A stretch of 64,000 nucleotides of DNA from Bacteroidales bacterium (GCA_045599325.1 JAZRVT010000005.1:17089-81088); one strand, 5' to 3'. Shown: positions 19,841-27,814, counted from the stretch's first letter. The notes: generated from the sequence alone by a model not told the origin. Program-made: numbers and translations.

Positions 19841-20776
19841 CTAATAGATTGTGCCTGCGTTCACTACCGGCTGGGCGTTCTCATCGGCGCAGAGAACTAC
19901 CAGGAGGTTGCTGACCATTGCGGCCTTGCGTTCTTCGTCGAGTTCGACGACCCCTTCGCTCTTGAGGTTGTCAAGGGCCAGCTTGACCATTGAGACAGCA
20001 CCTTCCACAATCTTCTCGCGGGCTGCGATGATTGCGTCGGCCTGCTGGCGGCGGAGCATCACGGCTGCGATTTCAGGAGCGTATGCAAGATAGTTGATAC
20101 GTGCCTCGACAGCCTCGATGCCGGCGATGGCAAGTCTCTCGTTGAGAGTATCGGTCAGCACGTCATTGATCTCATCCGCCCCTGAGCGGAGGGTCACTGC
20201 GCCGTCGCTCGCGCCGGAATTCTCATCATAGTTGTAGTCACCGGCCACCTGTCTGAGAGCAGCATCAGCCTGCACGCGGACAAAACTCTCGAAAGCCTTC
20301 ATAGTGGAGCTCACTGTGCCGCCGACGCTCATTGTCTGCGAGTCAATCTCGAAGAGGCTCTTGTAGACATCCTTCACCTTCCATACGAGCACCATACCGA
20401 TCATGATAGGGTTGCCGCTTCTGTCGTTGACCTTGATTGCGTCGCCGTCGAAATTGCGGGCGCGGAGGGAGACTGACTTCTTGCTGAGCAGAGGGTTGAC
20501 ATACCAGAATCCGTTCTCCCTGAAGGTGCCCTTGTATTTGCCGAAGAAGACGAATGCCTTTGCTTCGTTAGGTTCGAGCTTGACCAGGCCGATGGCCAGG
20601 AAGAAGATTGCAAAAATCGAAGTGACTATTGTAATGGCGATCGCGTTGTCCGGACTGCTGAAGCCCGAAACATTGTTAAGAATAATGATGTCACAGACGA
20701 TGATGGCGATGATGAGCAGCAGAGCGATGAAACCGCTGCACCTGAATCCTTTGAACTCTTTGTCCTTTGTTTCCAT
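19841..20776 (-). CDS. SPFH/band-7 domain membrane protein
   Basis: Start set to the ATG at 20776 (METKDKEF...). Two N-terminal TM segments, then an SPFH-like core and Ala/Glu-rich helices ([24 protein letters not shown]). The 85-aa upstream extension of the track ORF looks non-coding. Confidence 0.85.
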   Translation of the reverse strand: METKDKEFKGFRCSGFIALLLIIAIIVCDIIILNNVSGFSSPDNAIAITIVTSIFAIFFLAIGLVKLEPNEAKAFVFFGKYKGTFRENGFWYVNPLLSKKSVSLRARNFDGDAIKVNDRSGNPIMIGMVLVWKVKDVYKSLFEIDSQTMSVGGTVSSTMKAFESFVRVQADAALRQVAGDYNYDENSGASDGAVTLRSGADEINDVLTDTLNERLAIAGIEAVEARINYLAYAPEIAAVMLRRQQADAIIAAREKIVEGAVSMVKLALDNLKSEGVVELDEERKAAMVSNLLVVLCADENAQPVVNAGTIY

Positions 20777-20786
20777 AGCAGAAAGT

Positions 20787-20808
20787 ATTTTGATATCATT
20801 TTGATATC
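20787..20808 (-). repeat. perfect tandem 11-bp repeat (GATATCAAAAT x2 on the minus strand), operator-like
   Basis: Plus strand reads ATTTTGATATC twice (20787-20797, 20798-20808). Each unit contains the palindrome GATATC. It sits between the -7 box and the SPFH start codon. Confidence 0.7.
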
Positions 20809-20809
20809 G

Positions 20810-20817
20810 CAAATATA
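20810..20817 (-). promoter_or_regulatory. -7 promoter box TATATTTG (minus strand) for the SPFH-arc operon
   Basis: Plus strand reads CAAATATA. Exact TAnnTTTG on the minus strand, 33 nt upstream of the ATG at 20776. Confidence 0.5.
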
Positions 20818-20999
20818 TCAACAACTTCTCATATTTCCAAAAAATACTTATGAATCTGAGCCTTTGCTTCCCAATGATGATCTCCGACCGGATTGGGCGT
20901 GGTTTGAAAGTCGGTGACCGACCAGGACGTGACTTGCAAGATGCTGACCGACAAGGCAGCGTGATTCGCAAATACCTGATTATCAACCGATAGAGCAAC

Positions 21000-21026
21000 T
21001 TGGCTTCCCGAAAAACGGGAAGCCAA
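21000..21026. repeat. perfect 11-bp-stem hairpin/palindrome in the intergenic region
   Basis: TTGGCTTCCCG, loop AAAAA, CGGGAAGCCAA. Outer arms GATAGA (20989-20994) and TCTATC (21035-21040) could extend the stem. No U-tract follows on either strand. Confidence 0.6.
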
Positions 21027-21148
21027 ATCAAGCATCTATCTGATAATCTACAATTTACAAATCACGCCACAAAGGTAATCAATGAAAGTTGACCACCCCT
21101 CCCGACTTATGGCAGAGTAGCGCCGCTGCTGAAGCTGATTGGAGCACA

Positions 21149-21241
21149 CCGAGAAGTGCAAAACCGGCCTTCCCACACTTCTTGAAGGGTTCAGAAGGCC
21201 CGAGAAGTGCAATTCGGGGCCTCCGGCACTTCTTGACCCGG
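21149..21241. repeat. two tandem copies of a ~40-nt hairpin-forming repeat
   Basis: CCGAGAAGTGCAA occurs at 21149 and 21200, and CACTTCTTGA at 21176 and 21227 (51-nt period). Each copy folds as AGAAGTG(C)-N15-17-(G)CACTTCT. Confidence 0.65.
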
Positions 21242-21309
21242 ATAGTACTAGTTCAAAGGTCAGCGCCTTCGCTGCGGGGACGAAGAATCTATGTGAACAG
21301 AATAAATGC

Positions 21310-21317
21310 TATATTTG
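21310..21317 (+). promoter_or_regulatory. -7 promoter box TATATTTG upstream of the 264-aa secreted protein gene
   Basis: Exact TAnnTTTG, 6 nt before the ATG at 21324. Confidence 0.45.
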
Positions 21318-21323
21318 TAATGT

Positions 21324-22118
21324 ATGCGGCGGGCGGCTCTCATATTGGCGATATTGGTTTCTGCGCTGACTCTCAGGGCGCAGGAAGTGACTGTGCCGCC
21401 GGACTCTGCCAGAGTCGGGACTGCGCAGAGCAGCCAGTCGCTGAACTCTGAAGCGCTCACCGCGGAAGACCCTTCGTGGAGGCGCTACAGCGGACAGACC
21501 CAGGGCGCAGATGCCCAGACTGCCGTACCTTTCTCCCAGCCAAAATTCGATGTTCTGCCACACGTGCCCGACTGGATGTACGGAGGATCGTCTTTCAGCA
21601 ATTATATCGGACTTGGGAGTGTCGCTTCCGCGCAGATCGGATACCGGAACAGCTATCGCAACCTGTCGTTCCAGATAGGGGCCGGGGCCGACAAATATAT
21701 GTTCAACTACATCAGTTCCAACAACTTCTATCTCAACGCAGCAGCCACATATTCATTCAGTCCCATCTGGTCAGTGACCGCCTTCGGCCAGGTCGCAAGC
21801 AATTCGGACTTCATCACGATGCAGGCAGTCCCTTATATCCGTACGTCATCCTACGGTGCGACAGTCAATTATTCAGGAGATGCCTGGGGACTGCAGATCG
21901 GCGCCCGGAGAGAATTCGATCCGTTCACCGGCGGCTGGGAGATGTATCCTGTCGTGGTTCCTTCAATAAAAATCGGAGACTTCAGCTTCGGCGTAGATGT
22001 CGGCCCTATGATCAAGCAGGGCTACAGGAGACTTCAGGACCGCAACAACCCTCCGCCCCCGGCTCCGCATCCTTCCTCCGAACCCGTCACCCACGGATTC
22101 CCGAATGTCAGAAGATAA
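21324..22118 (+). CDS. hypothetical secreted beta-rich protein with Pro-rich C-terminus
   Basis: 264 aa. Signal peptide MRRAALILAILVSALTLRAQ. Ser/Tyr/Asn/Gly-rich strand-like core and a tail NNPPPPAPHPSSEP. No domain recognised. Confidence 0.6.
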   Translation: MRRAALILAILVSALTLRAQEVTVPPDSARVGTAQSSQSLNSEALTAEDPSWRRYSGQTQGADAQTAVPFSQPKFDVLPHVPDWMYGGSSFSNYIGLGSVASAQIGYRNSYRNLSFQIGAGADKYMFNYISSNNFYLNAAATYSFSPIWSVTAFGQVASNSDFITMQAVPYIRTSSYGATVNYSGDAWGLQIGARREFDPFTGGWEMYPVVVPSIKIGDFSFGVDVGPMIKQGYRRLQDRNNPPPPAPHPSSEPVTHGFPNVRR

Positions 22119-22126
22119 GAGCCGTA

Positions 22127-23173
22127 TCAGCTCTGGCGGTCGATGGAAGCGTGGTGGATGACGTTGAAGAGTTCTTCGACGAAAGATGGGTCAAGGCCTC
22201 GTGCAGCGGCGCCTGATGCGGCACGGCGGAGCACCTCTTCCCAGCGGGACTGCTGAAGAGCAGTCAGATTGTGAGCCTTCTTGACGGAGCCTATCTCATC
22301 CACGAGCTCCATCCTCTGCGAAAGCAGGTCAAGTATGCCGTCATCGAGCAGGTCAATCTGCTCCCGCAGCCTTGCCAGCTCCTCAGTCCCGGCACAGTCG
22401 GAGGCAGTGTCCCTCACGGCAAGCGATGAGAGAAGTTCCAGAAGCGCGGCGGGCGACAGCTGCTGCTGAGGGTCGCTCAGTGCAGAGCCAGGATTGCAGT
22501 GGCATTCGAGGAAAAGGCCGTCGAAACCGAGGTCCAGCGCCTTCTGCGAAATCTCGCGGAGATAGCAGCGCTGGCCGGCTATATGGCTCGCGTCGCAAAA
22601 AAGAGAGGTCTGCGGCAGACGGCGGCGGAAATCCACTGCAACCTGCCACTTAGGGAAATTGCGGTAGCGGCTCCGCTCATAGAAAGAGAAGCCCCTGAGG
22701 ATTGCGCCGACCTCAGAACCGGTGGCGAGAGCAATCCTCTCCACAGCCCCTACCCAGAGATCCACGTCGGGATTCATAGGGTTCTTGACAAGCACAGGCA
22801 CAGCCACGCCCTTGAGAGCATCGGCAATTGCCTGAGTGTCAAAAGGATTGGTAGCAGTGCGGGCACCTATCCAGAGCATCCTCACTCCAGCCTTCAGCGC
22901 AGCCTCCACGTGAGCCGGACCGGCAACTTCGACAGCGGACGGAACTCCGTACCGGTCCTGCACCTCAGTGAGCCAGGAGAGAGCCTCCTCCCCGACCCCT
23001 TCGAATCCTCCAGGACGGGTGCGCGGTTTCCATACGCCCGCACGGAAACCGCACAGGTCGAACCCCAGGGCGTCAAGTGAGGGGCGAAGCAAAGCGAGCC
23101 CTTCAGCCGTCTCCTTAACCTGTTCAGAGGTCTCAGCGCTGCAGGGGCCCGCTATAAGTCTGATTCTCCGCAC
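22127..23173 (-). CDS. bifunctional 3-deoxy-7-phosphoheptulonate synthase (class I-beta) / chorismate mutase type II
   Basis: 348 aa. N-terminal IAGPCSAET and a KDO8P/DAHPS-like barrel. C-terminal LREQIDLLDDGILDLLSQRMELVDEIGSVK chorismate mutase helix pattern. Confidence 0.88.
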   Translation of the reverse strand: MRRIRLIAGPCSAETSEQVKETAEGLALLRPSLDALGFDLCGFRAGVWKPRTRPGGFEGVGEEALSWLTEVQDRYGVPSAVEVAGPAHVEAALKAGVRMLWIGARTATNPFDTQAIADALKGVAVPVLVKNPMNPDVDLWVGAVERIALATGSEVGAILRGFSFYERSRYRNFPKWQVAVDFRRRLPQTSLFCDASHIAGQRCYLREISQKALDLGFDGLFLECHCNPGSALSDPQQQLSPAALLELLSSLAVRDTASDCAGTEELARLREQIDLLDDGILDLLSQRMELVDEIGSVKKAHNLTALQQSRWEEVLRRAASGAAARGLDPSFVEELFNVIHHASIDRQS

Positions 23174-23189
23174 TTACTTTATCAGAAGT

Positions 23190-23753
23190 TTAGACAGTCA
23201 TTATCTCTTTCTCCTTGGCGGCGAGGATCTCATCCACCTTCTTGGAGAAATTGTCAGTCAGTTTCTGGACTTCAGCCTCGAAATCTTTCTCAGAGTCCTC
23301 AGGAAGACCCTCTTTCTGGAGTTTCTTCAAGGACTCGATGCAGTCGCGGCGGGCATTGCGGAGACCTATCTTCGCATTCTCGCCGGCGGTCTTCGACTTC
23401 TTGACCAGCTCGCGGCGTCGCTCCTCGGTGAGAGCAGGCACATTGATACGGATCACCTCACCATTGTTCTGCGGGGTGAAGCCGAGGTTCGCATCCATAA
23501 TCGCCTTCTCGATGGCGTGGAGCATAGTCCTGTCCCAAGGCTGGATAAGCATAGTCTTGGCATCAGGAGTGCTGATGCTGGAGACCTGAGGAACCGGAGT
23601 CATTGTACCGTAGTAGTTGACAGAAACAGAGTTGAACACTGCCGGGTTGGCCTTTCCGGCGCGATAGGTCTTGAGGTCCTCCTCAAGGTAGTTGACCGCA
23701 CCCTCCATCTTTGCCTTTGCAGATGCAACGGTCTCTTTTGCTTTATCAAACAT
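23190..23753 (-). CDS. frr: ribosome recycling factor
   Basis: 187 aa. PxLTEERRRELVK motif (VPALTEERRRELVKK) typical of Frr. Confidence 0.95.
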   Translation of the reverse strand: MFDKAKETVASAKAKMEGAVNYLEEDLKTYRAGKANPAVFNSVSVNYYGTMTPVPQVSSISTPDAKTMLIQPWDRTMLHAIEKAIMDANLGFTPQNNGEVIRINVPALTEERRRELVKKSKTAGENAKIGLRNARRDCIESLKKLQKEGLPEDSEKDFEAEVQKLTDNFSKKVDEILAAKEKEIMTV

Positions 23754-23764
23754 ATTCTTTCCTT

Positions 23765-24475
23765 TTAATTGTTTTTGACGATTGTGAAAGTGCCCTCACC
23801 GCGCACGACCTTCTCGAGAGTGCCCTCCTCATTGATATTGAATACAATGATAGGCATATCGTTCTCCTTGCACATCGTGAATGCCGTCAGGTCCATCACC
23901 TGGAGGCCGTCAGCGATAGCCTTGTCGAATGAGAGGGTGTCATAGCGCTTTGCGTCAGGATTCTTCTTTGGGTCGGAATCATAGACGCCGTCGACTTTCG
24001 TACCCTTCAGGAGAGCGTCGCAGCCGAGCTCGCAGGCGCGGAGAGCGGATGCGGAGTCTGTGGTGCAGAACGGATTGCCTGTGCCGCCGGCTACAACTGC
24101 CACGCCGCCCTGGTCCATATAGGCGAGCACCTCATCCCTCATATAATATTTGGCCATAGGTTCCATCGGGGTGGCCGTGAAACACTCTGCCTTGAGGCCC
24201 GCGTTGCGGAGAGAGAGCGACATTCCGATGCTGTTGATCACGGTGGCGAGCATTCCCATCTGGTCGCCGCGCACACGGTCAAAACCGCGCTGAGTGCCGG
24301 CAAGGCCGCGGAAGATATTGCCGCCTCCGATGACGATGGCCACCTGGACGCCGCTGTTCACCACTGCGGCAATCTGGCGTGAGAAAATCTCCATTGTCTT
24401 TTCATCAAGACCGACGCCATCTGCGCCGCCTATAGCTTCACCACTGAGTTTCAGCAGGATACGGTTGTATTTCAT
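23765..24475 (-). CDS. pyrH: UMP kinase
   Basis: 236 aa. KYNRILLKLSGEA, VIGGGNIFRG and the TTDSASALRA pattern. Confidence 0.95.
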   Translation of the reverse strand: MKYNRILLKLSGEAIGGADGVGLDEKTMEIFSRQIAAVVNSGVQVAIVIGGGNIFRGLAGTQRGFDRVRGDQMGMLATVINSIGMSLSLRNAGLKAECFTATPMEPMAKYYMRDEVLAYMDQGGVAVVAGGTGNPFCTTDSASALRACELGCDALLKGTKVDGVYDSDPKKNPDAKRYDTLSFDKAIADGLQVMDLTAFTMCKENDMPIIVFNINEEGTLEKVVRGEGTFTIVKNN

Positions 24476-24514
24476 AATATTGTATACTTATTTTGGATTA
24501 TCAATAATATCAAA

Positions 24515-24522
24515 CAAAAGTA
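24515..24522 (-). promoter_or_regulatory. -7 promoter box TACTTTTG (minus strand) upstream of pyrH
   Basis: Plus strand reads CAAAAGTA. Exact TAnnTTTG, 39 nt upstream of the pyrH ATG (24475). Confidence 0.45.
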
Positions 24523-24554
24523 ACCATTTATTATGATTTTATCAAGTTTAGGCG

Positions 24555-24562
24555 TATATTTG
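24555..24562 (+). promoter_or_regulatory. -7 promoter box TATATTTG upstream of the cytochrome b gene
   Basis: Exact TAnnTTTG, 31 nt upstream of the ATG at 24594. Confidence 0.45.
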
Positions 24563-24593
24563 CATATTCAATTGGAATAACAAAAGCATCATT

Positions 24594-25289
24594 ATGGCAA
24601 ACATATTCAAGTCATCCATCGGGAAGAAGCTGATTATGAGCATCAGCGGTCTTTTCCTCATCCTTTTCCTGACACTTCACATGTGTCTGAACCTGACTTA
24701 CGTATTTGACCCTAGCAGCGCGATGGTCAGCGGTGTATGGGCCGGCAAGGTCTTCCAGGGTGTCTGCGACTTCATGTCACTCGGCATTGTCAGCATCATG
24801 GTCCCTGTCCTCGCCTTCGGTTTCCTGGTTCACATCATCTACGCCTTCATCCTTACAATCGGCAACCTGAAGGCACGCGGAAACCAGAGATACGCTGTTT
24901 CAAACAAGGCACAGGCTGACTCCTGGTCTGCAAAGAACATGTTTGTCCTCGGACTTATCGTCATCATCGGCATCGCCCTTCACCTCACGGACTTCTGGGC
25001 TGACATGCAGCTCCAGCACTTTATGGGCAACGAGCAGGCAAGCCCTTACGAACTGATGGCAGCAACCTTCGGCAGGTGGTGGATCCTCGCACTCTATCTC
25101 GTATGGTTCGTGGCTCTCTGGTTCCACCTTACACACGGATTCTGGAGCGCACTCCAGACCCTCGGCTGGAACAACCAGATCTGGTTCAAGAGATGGAAAT
25201 GGATCTGCGGAATCTACGTCACAATCATCCTCCTCGGATTCGCACTCATCGCAGTCTTCGCTTTCTGCAAGACCAACGGTCTCTGCTAG
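24594..25289 (+). CDS. sdhC: succinate dehydrogenase/fumarate reductase cytochrome b subunit, b558 family
   Basis: 231 aa, five TM helices. N-terminus SSIGKKLIMSISGLFLILFLTLHM is typical of Bacteroides FrdC. Candidate heme-ligand His in TM segments (FLTLHMC, LVHIIYAF, ALHLTDFW, WFHLTHGFW). Confidence 0.85.
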   Translation: MANIFKSSIGKKLIMSISGLFLILFLTLHMCLNLTYVFDPSSAMVSGVWAGKVFQGVCDFMSLGIVSIMVPVLAFGFLVHIIYAFILTIGNLKARGNQRYAVSNKAQADSWSAKNMFVLGLIVIIGIALHLTDFWADMQLQHFMGNEQASPYELMAATFGRWWILALYLVWFVALWFHLTHGFWSALQTLGWNNQIWFKRWKWICGIYVTIILLGFALIAVFAFCKTNGLC

Positions 25290-26323
25290 AACAGTTCTGA
25301 TATGACAGCGTCGGATATGAAGAATTTCTCCTGAGGTATCCTGACGCGACCGCCATCAACGGCAAGATTACCGGCCTGCACCATTCTGATGCAGGCCGCG
25401 TTGTTTTCAAGCAGTGCCGCATCGACTCCCGCAGCCGTGCGCAGTCCGAGCATGATCCGCTCCTCGCGGACCTCGGCATCGGAGAGGGTCTCTCCTCCAC
25501 CACCCTCACCATTCATATAAAGGGCAAGGTCCGGAGCGTTCCACGAGCGGCAGCGCTCTCCGTCGAAAGAGTGTGCCGAGGCCCCCAGGCCCAGATAAGG
25601 CTCCCGCTTCCAGTAAGCGCCGTTATGCCGCGACTCGCGGCCCTGGAGGGCCCAGTTGGATATTTCATAGTGGATATATCCCTCCGAAGCAAGCCTTTCC
25701 TGCAGGCGGAGATACTGCCTGTTGCAGGCCTCTTCGTCTTCAGCGGCCCAGCGGCCCATCATCTGGTAGCAGGAGATGTGTTCGGGATGCAGCGCGGCGG
25801 CACGGTCGATGGAGAGCTCCCACTCCCCGTCAGTGAGTCCCCGGAAGCCGAAGATAAGGTCAAGGGAGAGATTGGCGAAGCCGGCCTGGCGCAGCGCGCT
25901 GAAAGCCGCCACAGCCTCATCTGCGGTGTGCCGGCGCTTCATCCAGCGCAGATGCCTGTTGCAGAAGGACTGAACTCCCATACTCACGCGGCTGACCCCT
26001 GCCTCACGCAGCTCGCCGATGAGGCCGGGAGCCACATCGTCGGGGTTCACCTCCACGGTGAACTCTTCGAGAGCGCTCAAATCGAATATCTTCCTGAGGC
26101 CGCCCGCCACCTTCAGCAGTTCACCACTGGGCATAGCGGAAGGAGTCCCTCCGCCAAAATAGAGAGTGGCTGGAGGAACTCCTTTCAGATAATCCCTGCG
26201 TGCCGAAGCCTCGCGGAGCAGGGTTTCCGCATAACCGGCAGGGTCAAGCCCTGCTCTGGAGTAGAAATCGCAGTAGATACACTTGGAAGAGCAGAACGGG
26301 AAATGGACGTAGATGCCGGCCAT
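25286..26323 (-). CDS. hemW: radical SAM family heme chaperone HemW (HemN-like, oxygen-independent coproporphyrinogen oxidase family)
   Basis: 345 aa. FPFCSSKCIYCDF (CxxxCxxC), GGGTPS, and a HemN_C-like tail. Confidence 0.9.
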   Translation of the reverse strand: MAGIYVHFPFCSSKCIYCDFYSRAGLDPAGYAETLLREASARRDYLKGVPPATLYFGGGTPSAMPSGELLKVAGGLRKIFDLSALEEFTVEVNPDDVAPGLIGELREAGVSRVSMGVQSFCNRHLRWMKRRHTADEAVAAFSALRQAGFANLSLDLIFGFRGLTDGEWELSIDRAAALHPEHISCYQMMGRWAAEDEEACNRQYLRLQERLASEGYIHYEISNWALQGRESRHNGAYWKREPYLGLGASAHSFDGERCRSWNAPDLALYMNGEGGGGETLSDAEVREERIMLGLRTAAGVDAALLENNAACIRMVQAGNLAVDGGRVRIPQEKFFISDAVISELF

Positions 26324-26326
26324 CCG

Positions 26327-27268
26327 CTACTTCAGGATCAGGTCTGCCGATCCGAGCTTCGTCTCCTTGGTGTAGAAGTCTACTGTGTACCTTCCCTTGG
26401 CGAAGCCCTGTGAACTGCCGAAATAGAGGCATATCTCAACCTCTTCACCCTGGTAGTCCACCTCGCGGGACGCTGAGTAGACCATCTGCTCGCCGCCGCA
26501 GGTGAACACCTTTCCGCCGTCATCGGTCATCAGAATGTCATCCGGACCCTTGATGCGGATATAGACGGTACGCCAGCCGCAGTCAGCGATGGAGTTCTCA
26601 ATCAGACTCAGGCAGGCGCGGAGCTTCTCAGTCCTGCTGCTGCGGTCTGTGGCCTTGTTGGAGCTGTTGATTGCTGCAAGAGCGAATCCGCGGCCTTTGA
26701 CAACAGCACCTGCTGAAGCCTTCTTGGAAAGCTTGTCAGTGGTGGTCTTGAGGTCATCGTACTGACGCTTGCTCTCCTGAGCCTCGCGGCGTGCAGCAGA
26801 AGCCTCGTTGCGGAGGCTGGTATTGAGAGTGTTGAGTGAATCGATCTGGTGGATGTAGCCCCTCATAATCGTGCGGAGGGTTCCGAGCTCCTTCTCGTAC
26901 TGGCGGATCTTGGCGCGGTTGGTGGCCTCTGTCTGCTGCAGGCGCTCGATCAGCTGGCCGACCTTCTCCTTCTCCACATTGAGGGAGTCGTTGATGGCGG
27001 CATTGGTGGTGTTCAGGGCTTCATAGTCGCTCTGCAGGCTTACAAGCTCTGCAGTAAGGTCCTCCTTCTCGACGCGGAGGTCATTGACAAGGGAGTTGCG
27101 GTTGATCCAGAGCACCACAAGGGCGGCGAGCAGGAGGGCAGCGACAACCCCGAGACCTATCACAATATTGCGCAGAGAGCCCTCAGCGGCCCCCGCGTTG
27201 CTTTTCTTCGACGGATGATCCTTTTCGAACTGGATCATTTCCTCATCGAGTTCTTCATCTTCGTACAT
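26327..27268 (-). CDS. hypothetical single-pass membrane protein with long coiled coil and C-terminal beta domain
   Basis: 313 aa. Acidic N-terminus, TM segment (IVIGLGVVAALLLAALVVLWI), about 130 aa of heptad-like sequence, then a globular tail. Its stop is 3 nt before the hemW start. Confidence 0.65.
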   Translation of the reverse strand: MYEDEELDEEMIQFEKDHPSKKSNAGAAEGSLRNIVIGLGVVAALLLAALVVLWINRNSLVNDLRVEKEDLTAELVSLQSDYEALNTTNAAINDSLNVEKEKVGQLIERLQQTEATNRAKIRQYEKELGTLRTIMRGYIHQIDSLNTLNTSLRNEASAARREAQESKRQYDDLKTTTDKLSKKASAGAVVKGRGFALAAINSSNKATDRSSRTEKLRACLSLIENSIADCGWRTVYIRIKGPDDILMTDDGGKVFTCGGEQMVYSASREVDYQGEEVEICLYFGSSQGFAKGRYTVDFYTKETKLGSADLILK

Positions 27269-27299
27269 AGCAGTGTATTATATTTGTTGCAAAAATAGT

Positions 27300-27307
27300 T
27301 AATTTTG
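27300..27307 (+). promoter_or_regulatory. -7 promoter box TAATTTTG (second box TATATTTG at 27279-27286)
   Basis: Exact TAnnTTTG, 21 nt upstream of the ATG at 27329. The track's TTG start at 27305 lies inside the box. Confidence 0.4.
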
Positions 27308-27328
27308 CGAAGAAAAAATCATTGCAAT

Positions 27329-27814
27329 ATGAGATACCTTGTCCGTTCCCTCAAATACCTTGCCTACTTTATGATATTCTTCATATTCATAGTGGGCGTC
27401 ATCTGGATCTTCTCCTCCCAGAAGCAGGCGGGACTTTCATTCGCCGAACTCTTCGAGGAAGGTTCGCTCCCTAAACTGGCAATATTCTTCATCGCCGTGG
27501 CAGCCGTCTATCCGGCGCTCGGCTTCCAGAAGAGGAAACTCTACCTCAACGGTGATTTCAGCAAATATGCAGGAGCAGTCCGCGAGGCGATGGAGTCCCT
27601 GGGCTATGAACTCGAATCTGAGGAGGGCGGCACAGTGACCTACCGCGTCGTCTCCGGCTACGGCCGCGCCACCAGGATGTGGGAGGACCGTATCACCTTC
27701 ACCACCAGCGACAACCCTGTCATCGTCGAAGGCATCCGCAAGGACCTCGTCCGCATCGCCAGCGCCGTCAACTTCAAGATCAGGGAACTCGACCCTCAGG
27801 AGACCGAGGCATAG
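27329..27814 (+). CDS. hypothetical membrane protein
   Basis: 161 aa from the ATG at 27329 (MRYLVRSLKY...). Two TM segments and then a soluble alpha/beta-looking domain. No domain recognised. Confidence 0.6.
   Translation: MRYLVRSLKYLAYFMIFFIFIVGVIWIFSSQKQAGLSFAELFEEGSLPKLAIFFIAVAAVYPALGFQKRKLYLNGDFSKYAGAVREAMESLGYELESEEGGTVTYRVVSGYGRATRMWEDRITFTTSDNPVIVEGIRKDLVRIASAVNFKIRELDPQETEA

Noticed and set aside
19666-20776. Reading the RHH gene as the antitoxin of a type II toxin-antitoxin pair
   Set aside because: The only partner is a 311-aa SPFH membrane protein encoded upstream. No small toxin-like ORF is adjacent on either side.
20900-20970. Possible SRP (4.5S) or RNase P RNA, because of ACCAGG, CAAGGCAG and GAAAGUC-like strings
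   Set aside because: The defining elements are missing: no GGAA tetraloop with the AGCA/GGAAG symmetric-loop context for SRP, and no GGAAAGUCCGGGC or ACAGAACCCGGCUUA-type blocks for RNase P. The resemblance is limited to short strings.
20777-21035. 85-aa N-terminal extension of the SPFH ORF and the 68-aa ORF 20829-21035
   Set aside because: The extension precedes the promoter box and tandem repeat and reads as Arg/Ile/Lys-rich sequence with no coding character. The SPFH protein starts sensibly at METKDKEF, just before its TM segments.
25571-26413. 280-aa ORF antisense to hemW
   Set aside because: The radical-SAM CxxxCxxC motif and GGGTPS define hemW on the minus strand.
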